The translations under genes and the position numbers were made by a program. Source: Phoronis australis (lineage: Eukaryota > Animalia > Phoronida). Taken from it: a stretch of 64,000 nucleotides of DNA. Positions 25,973-38,300 of the stretch are shown here, one piece after another. The stretch lies in NCBI GenBank assembly GCA_002633005.1, contig NMRA01000045.1:1247812-1311811 (forward strand), in the 5' to 3' direction. The notes under the pieces were generated by a model, which saw only the letters and a list, made by a program, of their open reading frames with translations, ran no database searches and was not told the DNA's origin. Positions within the stretch are counted from its first letter, which is position 1. Every line of letters starts with the position of its first letter.

Positions 25973-28307
25973 ACTGAGGAAGGGAAAATTTTGCCTTCAT
26001 GCTATGTGGGATACGAAAGTAAAATGTGTGGTTGTGTCTTGAAGGGTGAGGAGGCAGCAAAGGTATAAAATAGTCTTCGGCTTTGACTGCAATAATCCCG
26101 GCCCTGAACAATCTTGTAAAACGAACACGAGTCATTTCTGCTCTTCTGTTAACTAGCAACTTCCAATTAAATTATTGAATCAAAACTGGAGGTCAGTTTG
26201 CAAGTATCTGTTGCATATGTCGGTGGTTTAGTGTTCGACCATGCCAGTTTCTTGACGTTGCGTTCAGCGTAATTGCCAAAAAAGTTCCAAACGCTAGCAG
26301 AATATTAGAGGACAGCCAAGGTGTTCAGAAGAAGTGTAGGCATTTACTTTACATGTGAGTTACTCACATTGTAGAAAACTTGGTTTTGTTTGCTTGAGCA
26401 GCGTATCGTGAATCTCGTCTGGCTAGTCCAGCAACTTAAGTTGAGTAATTCATATTCTTAAGTGGTATGGTTCAAAGAATTTTTGGTGCGTTCATGTATC
26501 TATGATCCTGAATAAAGTATCGGATATAATATATTGACATTGGCAATCAATAGATAATCAACACTGAATGTTTCATAATAAATCGTAACTGTTGTGAAAA
26601 CAATGCTGCCACTTTCCGTCATTCCGCAGCTAATTTCGTAAATTTATTGCATGTATTAGCAGATACAGATTCTTCAATAATGTTCTCCCTTTACAAGTTT
26701 AATATGTAAATTAGTAGGCAAAAATATTTAAATTGTTTTTTTTACATGTAATTAGCAAGCTACAGAAAGAGTTTTTGGTTATTTCGCACAGACGAAAAAT
26801 TTCACTAACTTTTGGTTTATGTTGCTTTGTTTATACCGTTTTCCCAGTAAGCACGCCGGTCTCATTTTCGAAAATGCACATATAAGTCATTGTTTGAGCT
26901 CTCTTATAGGGTGAGCTACATGTGCTTGGAGTAGCGGAACTGAGGGGAAAATCGGTGTTAATCAAGCATGTGAGACCCTCCTAATTTTCTGCATCATCAA
27001 AAAACAGTGCTGTGGTCACGAAAAATGTTAATGCCACCTGGAAAAACGAGAGCATGAGTTGCAATATAGTTTCATTCGTTCATTGACTTCTTGGTTCAAC
27101 TGTAAACATACAAAAATGTAGCTATGAGTCAACTGAACAATGCAATAGCCATTTACAAATAAACCTCATTGTTAATAATCAGGGGTTCATATAGGATTCC
27201 AAAACTGGGAGTTCATTTAAAAAATGACCAAACATGGGAGTTCCCTCGAGCATTGGCTTTCCGTCAGTAACACTGTGACCGCGGCGCCATGTAGTGGTGT
27301 ATCGACCCATGTAATAACATAGTACGATGAAGGGGAAACAAACGTGTGATTGATGAAACACAGATCATTTGTTTATTCAATAACTTTAGAATGGAAATTT
27401 ATACATATGTATTTGAAATAATATACGCATAGTATTCAAACAAAAGTCAAACTTCTAGTCTATGGTAATGGGAAGAATACTGATTAGACACAGTTGCAAC
27501 ATTCGATAGGTCGGTGTTTACGAGTACAACGTTACGAGTGCAAAGTTTTGACTATACTACAATAAAACTAACTGCAATGTACTTCATTTACACAATTTTT
27601 TGCATAAATCGTGGCTAAGAGGTGTCTAGACTCATTGTTATGAACATTGGAGTGTGAGTGAATCAAAATGGCACGTTACACCTGCATTTATGGTCAGTCA
27701 TGCAGAAAAGGCTCACTTATGTTTGCAAAATATTGAAGAATTATAGCATCGCGTGGTTAAATAAGAGACACGGCAGAAGCTGCTCCATCAAAACAAAACC
27801 GCCATCAGATGGGGAATATAACCAAAGTATATTTAACATGTACTGAGTTGGTTGACACTGTATACAAACGCCTCTCTTACAAACCCAGGTGCACCGGGGG
27901 ATTATTTGATGAGTTTCCCAGTGACCAGTTTGACACTTCATGTATTTCGTTTGTTTGATTTCCATCTCTTTCCAATGAGGTTTGGTGACCTCATTTCCAT
28001 TTGGACGACCTTGGAATTTTGCGACATCACATGTGGGGAGTTGAAGTTGTGCTAAGCGCGGGACCCTGATTGCATAGGTGAAATTGATCTAGACAACATG
28101 TTGACGAATTTTATTGCGTTTTGATTCCTGGTTGAATCGCGCAAATAATTACTTTTAGCTGGACATAGTGTTAAGGAGTCTCTTTATGCTTAAGGGTACG
28201 TTTACATAACAAAGCCCTACTGTCAAACAAATAGTGATAGGTGTCATATTGAACAATTGTCATGCAGAGTGTCAACCTCATTCTCATTTCATTTTTCAGT
28301 AGATACC

Positions 28308-29336
28308 ATGGCTAGCAGTGATGCAGCTTTAGTAGGAATTCGAGAAGAGCTCACTTGTCCGTTGTGCCTGTTTGTTTTTACTGATCCCAAGACTCTACCT
28401 TGCTTACATTCATTTTGTACAAGCTGCATTAGTGATCACATTGCTGCTACAGGAAAACATGGAAGATTTGAATGTCCGATATGTAAGACAGACATCATCA
28501 TACCACCAGGTGGAGTAAGGGGACTGAAGGACAACTTTCAAATCAATAACATTGCCACGTTACTTCCATCTGAAGAGTGTTCAATGTGCCCTATTCACCC
28601 AGATCAAGAGATCACAATGTTCTGTAATGATTGTGAAATGCCATCATGCACACATTGTATGGTAGACCACAAGGAACATGAAATGGTTCAAACTCATGAT
28701 ATCAACCAACGAAACAACAAAGAAGTTGATCAACTTTTTGACAGTGTAACAGCTAAGCTTAATTTTATTGATACTTCTCTTGAACTATTGACTGAACAAA
28801 GAGATTTGTGTAACAAGGAGGAACAACGCGTTACTCGTTTGATTTCTGAACACTTTCAAGAAGCCGAAGCTAGGTTAAGAAAGATGAAGGAGAGTTTGGT
28901 GAATGATGCAAAAGCGAAAATGGATGTGTTCCGTGGCCAGTTAGATGCTGACATAACCAATATGGAAGAAAGGCGTAAAAGGATAAAAGGAGCTGTTAAA
29001 CATGTCAAAACTTCTCGTGAATTTGCAAGTGTGCATGACAAGCTTTCTCGACACAAATATTTTGTAAATCGTTTAAGGTTAGTTAATGACCAGTCTATAG
29101 AATGCAGCATCAACGAACCAGCTTTTGATGTGCAAACTGAAGATGTGTCCCTTGGATTAAAAGTAATAGTAAAGTCCAAACACCTGGATCTTAAGCACCC
29201 TGAAGATAGAAGTTGGAGCTCAGGCAATATGGAGTTGAGCACGTCCGATGATAGTTGTGAAAGCATAGAACATGACACAGCTGGCCAGACATGTCACTTG
29301 TCAGATGAAGATGTTCGGTTGTATCAGGTGGTATAA
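28308..29336 (+). CDS. TRIM-family E3 ligase exon: RING, B-box 2, coiled coil (342 aa if unspliced; possible donor after 29327)
   Basis: CPLC...CLHSFCTSC...CPIC (C3HC4); CPIH...CNDC...CTHC..H..H; heptad-rich region. The ATG sits just downstream of a pyrimidine-rich acceptor ending at 28299. Confidence 0.92.
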   Translation: MASSDAALVGIREELTCPLCLFVFTDPKTLPCLHSFCTSCISDHIAATGKHGRFECPICKTDIIIPPGGVRGLKDNFQINNIATLLPSEECSMCPIHPDQEITMFCNDCEMPSCTHCMVDHKEHEMVQTHDINQRNNKEVDQLFDSVTAKLNFIDTSLELLTEQRDLCNKEEQRVTRLISEHFQEAEARLRKMKESLVNDAKAKMDVFRGQLDADITNMEERRKRIKGAVKHVKTSREFASVHDKLSRHKYFVNRLRLVNDQSIECSINEPAFDVQTEDVSLGLKVIVKSKHLDLKHPEDRSWSSGNMELSTSDDSCESIEHDTAGQTCHLSDEDVRLYQVV

Positions 29337-32300
29337 AAACGTAAAACCTGGTTATATGCAATAGGTCACATGGCCTTAAAGCTGAAATGACTTTGGGGAA
29401 TGTTAAACATGAAACGGTATATATAATAGATAAGCCAATATCTTTCCTTCGGGTATGAGCTATAATACATGTCCATGCACTCATCCAGCCTTAATTTATG
29501 GGGCTCTAATCTTTGAGAATGTGGACCTTTTACTAAGATTCACGGGTACGTTCAGAGCTATGAATTATGAATTCGACGAATTTTGGTAGTTCTTGCCTTT
29601 TTAGTGGAGTTTTGTCTCGTCGTCTACTTTTTTCGGAGTTTTGTTTCTCTGAGGCGGACCTTTTTGCCCACTTCGCCTTTGAGCCCCCCTTTGGGTGCGC
29701 GTATGCTGTCATCACTTTTTGTCTTCTGATCAACCTTCGTCGAAATATTGAGGCTGCTGCTATAAACCTGGCATTCTGTCCAAAAAGTGAACGTTGATTT
29801 AGATCACTTACCGCATTAGAATTGATCTCAGTTCGTCCTTAGTCAGATGAAAAGTGATTTTTTGGCATTGCTCTGCTGTTTTAAGCACTGTTTTAGTTAA
29901 GATACTTGGCACAGCTTTGTTTATTAAAGGATCAAATTTCTTTAGTATGATTTAAGAATGACAGTAGACTATGAGTAATGACATTTAGAAGTAATGTTCC
30001 ACGTCCGAGGTAGTGTTGTCATGGCTCTTCATTTCTGGAAACGTTAGAAAACGAATTGCGCGATTAACCTAGTTGATCGATTCAAGGGTGCTAACACATT
30101 TCTGAACGTCTTATCGCGCCTCACTCAGCTTTTTAGTTTTTGAAACTTTATTCACATCAGAATAACAAATGTCTAAGGAATTTTAGAGAAAAATTGTGAT
30201 TTCCACGGCACCACACTGTCTCAGTATGAGGCAACTACTCAACGGATGTGCAGCATTGTGGGTAAATATCGCACTATTAAAGAGGGGGATCTCCTACAAT
30301 TCTTGGATGTGGCTATTTGTATTTAAAAGAATTAAGAAATTTGACTCTTGTTAACAATTCTTCAAAAAGTCTTGTATTTTGATAGCCCCGCATGCTAAAT
30401 TGGCAAATTAAAAAAATTCTAAAATCGTATTGGAGAACATTGCTTTAAGCATAGTATCTGAAAGTTTCATTTGAATCCAGTTAACCGTTTCTCAGATAGG
30501 ATGTTCCAAAGTTATTCCAAACTGAACATTTTTCCAGTTTTCCACATAGTTACAACCGATATCATGTAAATTTTTATGAGTCAAGTAAGACGGGATGTGA
30601 AATAGACACGATGAGGCAACTGCGGCTGATTTCCAACACAACTCTACTTCATCTAACTAAGCGTTGGTTTACGTACTTGAAAGTATGTAATTTCTCTAGT
30701 GAATAGTGGAGAGTGCGCCACACTACGCATAAAATTCCTCTCTGGGTTTATTTTGCTAATGGTATAATCAACTTTACCTGAATGTAATGAAACATTGATC
30801 AGACCTTAACCACTTTTAAGTAGTTTCCACTTCTCGGAAGTTAACAGAAAACAGTGGTGCTCGAGTGCAACTTAAAGTAGGAAAAGACCTGTTATTTAAA
30901 CGTTAATGTTACAGGAAAGTATGGGTGGTGGTGACAGGAGGTCTGGCCTGAGAGACTGGTATCCTATGCCTCCTAAGGTCACTGGACTCCCTAATGATAA
31001 GTTTGAAGATCTACAGCTCCAGCATGAGGAGAATGAATGGAAAACAGGAAGCTTGAGAAAGACTGAAGACGACCTGGATGTCCAAAAAACTGAGGTATTT
31101 AATTTTTGGCTTTGGTACGTTTTGTCTGTTCTGTTGCCTCTGATGATGTTGCGTGCCCTAGTCCTGGATATTGAAAAAGTTTGGATTTTCCATTGCTTGC
31201 GCTATCCACATTTGGGAAACATGCTTTTTATAACAGTTTTATGCACTCCCCAGTTTGCTTCTCGTGTACTTTTGGAACTTAAAATAGTTTGAGGGTGCAC
31301 CAGAATCGATGCACTGAAACAGGCTACTTGGTGCGAGTGCGACGATAGAAAAATACCTGTCATGGATAAATACAGATTGGCAAATTTTTGCCCGAAAGAT
31401 TCCCAAGGCACGCGTCATCCGATTTTACACGTAAACTTATTTTTCCACAAGTTACCTGTGATGCCACCGCGTACAACCGTACAGCATTGCCCGTTAAAAC
31501 AACAGCAGTCAAGTATGACATCCACAATTGTTTTTAGGAGAGCGAGAAAATCCTCTGTGATGACTATTGTATGCGCTCTGTGATAGCATAGCTCTCTTAC
31601 CAGGTTGGTACTCATGTCCACTGTTTTTCTTGCAGTATCGTCAAGTTCTGCCCTCAACGTCTCCCCATGACATGAATAAACAGCCAATGCATCAGAACTT
31701 GGGGCCTCCTCAGAATAACCCGCAGGCCATGAATCAGATGTACTTTCAACAAGGCCGACCTGCTGTAAGTCTTGACAGCTTTCACTTTTGATCAACAACT
31801 TTTCACACGTGTGTAATATGATTTGATCATTGAACCTCACTTTTTATCTGGCTACGTGTGTGTGGGGGGAGGGTGCATTTAATTTCCGCCAGTGTCCAGG
31901 TGGCTGCAGTGCTTTTGCTCGGCCAGGTCCACCCGCCGGCTAAGACGTCTGATTGGTTCTCGATAACTACTTCCGACTTGAAAGCTATTCAGCCTCCCGT
32001 TCACTAACGCTAGGACCTCGCTAAAAAGCAAGACTTCGCGAGATTACGTGAGATATTGCCGTGCATTTTAAATGAGAACACACGCCAGATGTCTAGCAGA
32101 GTAAGTAAAGCCCAGCCAACGTCCTCTCGATATCTTAAAAAAACGTCTGGCTGAAAGGACCTTTCCCCTCCATCGTCCAATCAGAACGCAAACAGTATGC
32201 CACACAATTGCTTTGTTTCTAACCTTCACAAGCGGCGCCATTTTTAGCATTAGCCTGGTAAGAATCGTGTGGCAGCTACCCGTGGGCGCCAGCAAAAGGA

Positions 32301-35300
32301 GGTGCAACATGAGAACACCGGGACATTACTAACTGTAACACGAGTAAACGACTATTTTTGTGAGGGGTGGAAAGTAACGAAAGATCACTACAAGCGTCCT
32401 TTTATGAAAACCTAGTTCTGCACTTGTACATTAATATAGATGGCCTAATGCATTTTGTTGTATCCTTAGGCCTAGTGCATGGGAGTATCCCCGGGTGTTT
32501 AATTTTCTTAGAAAGAAAACTAATTACAACGACAGTTGGACTTCTAAAGGGACAATAATCTTACCAGTGTTTACTAACACTTACCCAAAAGTGCATAAAC
32601 AAAACGAATCTAAAATCTTTTCCCCAGCAATTTGCATGCGTATTCCATGCGGCTTTTCTGACTTGCGCATCGATCGCCTAGCACTTGTCCTTCACATTTA
32701 CTTCATCTTCAGTCACCACCATAAATTTTGATGTCGTAGATGTCACATTGCTAATATTAATCTAAGGCCTTTCTCTTTACTCAATCCCCAAGATTATCTT
32801 CTTTTGGAAGATATATGACAGAAAAGTTGTCCGGAATTTTCTCCAGAAATTATCCGTGTCAACTTCGTTAACAGACGCTATTTTAATAACTAAATATAGA
32901 TGTCGCTACCCGTCCGATCTCGGAAAAGTCCATTACGGTGAAATCATATAAAGTATCACAGGGAGGCGAATTCCAAACCAGGCTCACATGTATATAATGT
33001 GGTTGTGCCAGTGACAATAGACAGTTTCGACTACCTTAGCTCCAAATCATAATATTCAACAAGAAATTTCTTGCTGAAGATGTTTCCTTATGATATCTGG
33101 AAGCGATTGGCGCCTGTTGAATCTGTACACTTCAGGATTTTTTTATTATTCACATACTGCGGGTTTTATGCCAAATTAACTCGCACAACACAAGGCATTT
33201 TTGTTAAAAGAGCGGTCTTCTTCGTATATCGCTCGGTTCGTGAATACTAGGCATTTTAAAGCAAAATCGTGTTTAAGACGTGACGTAAAATTTTAGTTTC
33301 TAAAAAGTTTTAGTAAAGTCAGTTGGTGAGTTATTTTGCGATGAATGTACCTTTCTTGCACATGAGAATTTGAAAAAAACGTTGTCATGTGACGATAATA
33401 AAGACACAATAGTTAGAAGCATACTTTTAGAATCCTCGATCGTTCTCCTTTCACAAAAACATATACTTTTAATGGTTGACAAAGCATGTGTTCGATATTT
33501 GACTTACAATTGAGATCGTTTATTAAGCTCATAGAATACGAATTTCGAACGAATTGATTGTTCTCTATAGAACTTGATCCTGACGTATATTGTTGGGAGT
33601 GAACCAGCACCACCATTTCTTTGAAGGGTTTCGGCAAATCTACCACCCCTAGTGGTAATTTAATTTGTGCAGGTGACCAGGACCTCCAGGAATCTGTTGT
33701 AATGCTGTTTCTGATCGTAAATCCCAACTCCGCTTACAGGTCTGCAGTAAACAGCCCAGGCCACCAGCCACCCGCCAGCACAGGCCCGCAATGAACATGA
33801 ATAACCAGGTCAGTCAGCAGCAGTACCAAACAATGCAGGTCTCCTGGCCGCCGGGTAATCAGAACTACATGGCTCAGCCGCAGCCGCAAACCTATATGAT
33901 GGTAGGTATCTCGCTATTCACGCGACTTTCTGTTGATAACAGTGCCATTGACGTGGGTGTATTAATGACCATTCCATGCAACTGGATTGTCGTTTCAACG
34001 AACCTATCAAAAATTCAATTTTCGTCTCTGCATCTGCTTATGAATGGACAATTTTAGCTGGGAAATGCCGAGAGAAATCGATGTCATATAGACCACCAAA
34101 CGCAAAAAAAACAAAGTCAAATTTTGCTCTCCCGACTAACTACAACAGTGCTAACATAAAAGAGTACTTGGTTTATAAAGGATTTGACCTTGTTAGTAAA
34201 TGCTCAAATATAAGATTAAATATTCTTATGTAAAAATAGTTCTTGTTATGCTATTATCTTTATGGTGGCTATTTGCATTACCTTTAGAAGTAACTATGAA
34301 ACGGGATTTACAGAATGTGTTATTTTATCCAGAGGGTGGACATGCTTGAATGTAGCAAGTTTTGTAGTCGTCCCTCACTCTTTGACATATGTTTTGTGTT
34401 AATGTTTGTGTCTTCTGTTGATAGGTTTTCCAAAGACCAGCATTGATGAAGTAGCTTGTTAAGTTTAGTACATTTCCAATGTACTAAACTATAGCATTGT
34501 GTTCTGATATATTTGGATACCTTAATCCAAAAAATCTAACGTCTTGCAAGGTTCACCGTCTTGTCATAGCGTCTATTGCCATCCATTGCGTCCAAGTGTT
34601 TTCTGTTTCAGTATAACCCTGGGCAGGCCATGAACGTGCAACAGTCACAGTATGTTAGTCAGCCACAGAACTATTCCATGGCCACCACACCGCCTTACTA
34701 TAACGCCCCGCAGCCTCGAGGTAACACTATTTGAGCTACTGAGTTATGTAAACAAGGTTCCTGTGAGCACAGTAGGTTGAAACTGTCCTTTGCACGCTAA
34801 TCACTCGTGTTTTAAAAATGCAACTTAGGAATATTAGTAACTCATAGTTACTAGTATTCTCAACAAGGTTCCCGTTAACAGAATTGATTTAAAATTTCCT
34901 TTGTGAGTCACCATGATTTAAAAATGCTACCTATGGAATGGTATCAATACTATTAGTATTTAAAAAACAAGTTTTATCAGCTGTGTCATCGACCCTTGGC
35001 GAACAACACTGCATGGTGTAGGTTATGTGCTCTCACGAGGCGCATCATTACGACAAAGATCATTTTCCCACATTCCTGGTTTACACTTTCGTAGTTAGTG
35101 TCATTTAAGGTAACTTGGGTATACCAAAGACTGTGCTCTGGCGTAAATCAAAGTCCAATTTTGTTTCTTGTCACCCAACCAACAGTAATGAAGCCAACCG
35201 ACTCAAAAACATTTTTAATGAACAATTATTTCAATTTCACAAATTGAAGCATTAAGTACTAGTCCACGAGAACACCAACCATGAGCGGCAAGGTGGGGGT

Positions 35301-38300
35301 CAGCCGATTTTCACCAAATTTGGCACATATGTAGTCCTATGGGATCTATAAACAGCGGTGAAATATTTCCTCAAAATATTGTGTTTTTCTAAAGTTATAG
35401 GTTCAAACACATTTTACGGTTTCGCAGCCATGTTTTCACGGTATAAAAACTGTCCAGTTTTAACTGTTCATATTTTTCCTTGAATGAAAGCTATTGATTT
35501 ATTATTCACTTGGCATTGTTTAGTGGTGCCTATAGATTGTTACACAGATGTCTTGAAACACGATTCCGATTTACCGCCCTCATTTAGTAGTTTTACTACA
35601 CTGCCCCCCGTTATGCCATTTTGAGGTTGTGTTCAGTACACTGCTGTACCAAATCTGCCCCCACTGCTATGAGAATGAAACTTAGCCAAAATGTTGACAA
35701 AACATGTTACTTTCATTGCATAAAATAAAAACTTTGTCAGCCAGTTTATTAGTTATACATTTTGGCACCTCAAATGTACTAAAATGAGAAATTGTCATAT
35801 ATCTGAGATCGATGCGTGAGCACCGTAAAATCCGATTGTCCTTCATATTTTTCGATATTTTGCAACAAGTTAGTTCCTCCTGAATGTTTTGAACGTTTTA
35901 CTACTGATCACTTTGGGCTATAGTACCCCTAAATACCACACATGGCTCCATTTTGTAAAAAGCCGATTATGTCCTCCGCAGTGAACAGGGTTAGACATGA
36001 ACTCGACAAATGTAGGTTATTTTGATTTACAGTTGTTTTACTTTGCAATTTCCTCATGGGTATTTCTTCACACATATTCAAGTCAGATTTTCTGTTGATC
36101 AAATGTTCATGCAATGCATTGTAATATCAAATGAATGATAAGTTTGGTGGCATGACCGCAGTTTTTCCCACGACTTAAAACAAAAGACCGCAGAAATTTT
36201 CCTGACGAAATACCGGGTTTGCAGTTCTCTAAAAACATTCGAATGACAAGACAAACTCCACCACTGTCTGTGGCAACTCGTCGCATGTTTTTCGCCCATC
36301 GGTCCTATCATTGTTTTCCATTGTTGTGTCACTGTTGGATATAACAACACAGGTCGCATGGATATAGAACCTTGCGTACATCAGACCGTTGCCGATAAGT
36401 GCTCGTCATTATATCTTTATTATAACAATGAAGATGCTAATCTATTGTTCTCTATGCGACCAGGTTTCCCGTGGATGACCACAGAAGAGGAATCCCAAAG
36501 TATCCACAAACAATGACCACGCACCTTAGTAACTATTACCGCGCACACGAATCCTTTCCGTGGAACCTAAACACCAAATTTTTATATCCGTGTATTGTGT
36601 TGTATTGCTCATGGTACGGGTTCAGACTCTGTTGTATTAAGATTCCAATCCCCAACCCAATCTGTAGTTTGAGTAAAATTTCAAGACAATGCAGGTTTAT
36701 GGATTTATTCTCCTTAAAATGAAGAGTAAAAATCAAATTCTGCACAGGTTTTTTAAAAGTAATCACTTATTGGAAGATCACACATCTAAAAAATAAAACA
36801 ATGTTTGACAATTTTATTCATTATCTTATTTGAAAATTGCCTACCTCACAGACAACTCATCTAAGTTGAAAATATTCCTTGTGAAAAAATATAAAATACC
36901 AACCAGAGACTTGTGTACTACAAAATATGTTTTCGTAATACAATGCAAAGATAACTGTACAGTCAAAAGTGCAAATGTTATGACTCTAATAAAAAATTGC
37001 CTTCTAGATCTTTTCAACACTCTAATTGCTACAGGACAGAGTCAACCACACAAAGCTCATAAAGTCAGGGAATTACATTTAAGGTGATGTAGTCTCACTG
37101 CGAAAAAGTGATTTCGCAATATCGCTGACAACACTGGAAATCTCTTCTTCACAAACTTGAGGTAGCTGTATTTACCACATCAATGTTCTTATCAAAACTA
37201 ACCACCACAAAATGAAAAATTGGCTTGTCGGTTCCAATTAGGCAGCATTTTACAATGAAATGGTCATGAAAAAATACTTTTGCAACATGGTTTGCATTAC
37301 AATTGCCCTACGATTACAGTTGTACATACATACTAGACCAGTAACAAAATTACCCATGGGAACCATAAAATGGTCAATTCGCCAAAAAAACAAGGAGCCA
37401 CCAGAGCTAATGTGCCAATACTTTTCAGTACTGCAACAAAAAATCATTTGAAGTGGACATAAACTCGCCTAAAATCACATAAAACAACTTTTGATTTAGA
37501 CATTTTACCATCACGAAATAGGTATTACTTCCAGGTCACTTTTGAGCAATTTCAGAACTTTGAAAGATCTGGCAATATGCAATTGCTAGAGACCAGACTA
37601 ATAGTGTGTGATTTTATACACACAGCATGGTCTCAAGGAATAGCAAACTGTCAATTCGCTATAATTCCAGAAATCACTTCCCATCTGGATAAGGAACAAA
37701 CTGAGCAAATTTTATAGAGGTAAATGGTCTAAATCAAAACTTATTACCTCCTGGACAGAATATGGGTTTACAACCCAGGCAGAAAGATAAGTTAACAAAA
37801 CCAGCCTAACTGCAACAGGGTCTCAAATTTCAGTAATATATACCCATTTACAAACAAAAATCTATAATGGTAAATAAAATGCGGAAACATAAATTCAGAT
37901 CAATTACGCATCTTCAAGGAAAATGAATAGTACAGTGGTCAGAAATCATCTAAATGTGATGGCGACACTGAGAAATCCTGTCAGACCAAAAAATCCAGTG
38001 GTTAAAAAAAATGAACAATGTACCATTACCATGTGGCCCAGGATCATAATCCGTGCCTGGACAAAAATTCAGTCTTAGACTAGGTAAATTTTAGATTTGT
38101 GCTGTTCACACAAGCAGTTCTGGTGCAAACAAAGCTTGCGACAACACACAAGCCTACTTCCCTACACAGCTGTGCTGATACAATAATGCCCCCACTGGAT
38201 TTAGCAGATCAGCCAGAGTATTTACAGGTCCAGCCACTGTACTGTTTCCTCCCTTTGAATTTTTACAATGCTACATCCTTGACAATCGCAGATTGCCTCT

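Noticed and set aside
28856-29278. 140-aa antisense ORF
   Set aside because: Shadow of the TRIM coiled-coil exon, with no motif.
31900-33300. CpG-richer segment with CCAAT boxes as an internal promoter
   Set aside because: More likely a transposon end; neither termini nor a TSS could be defined.
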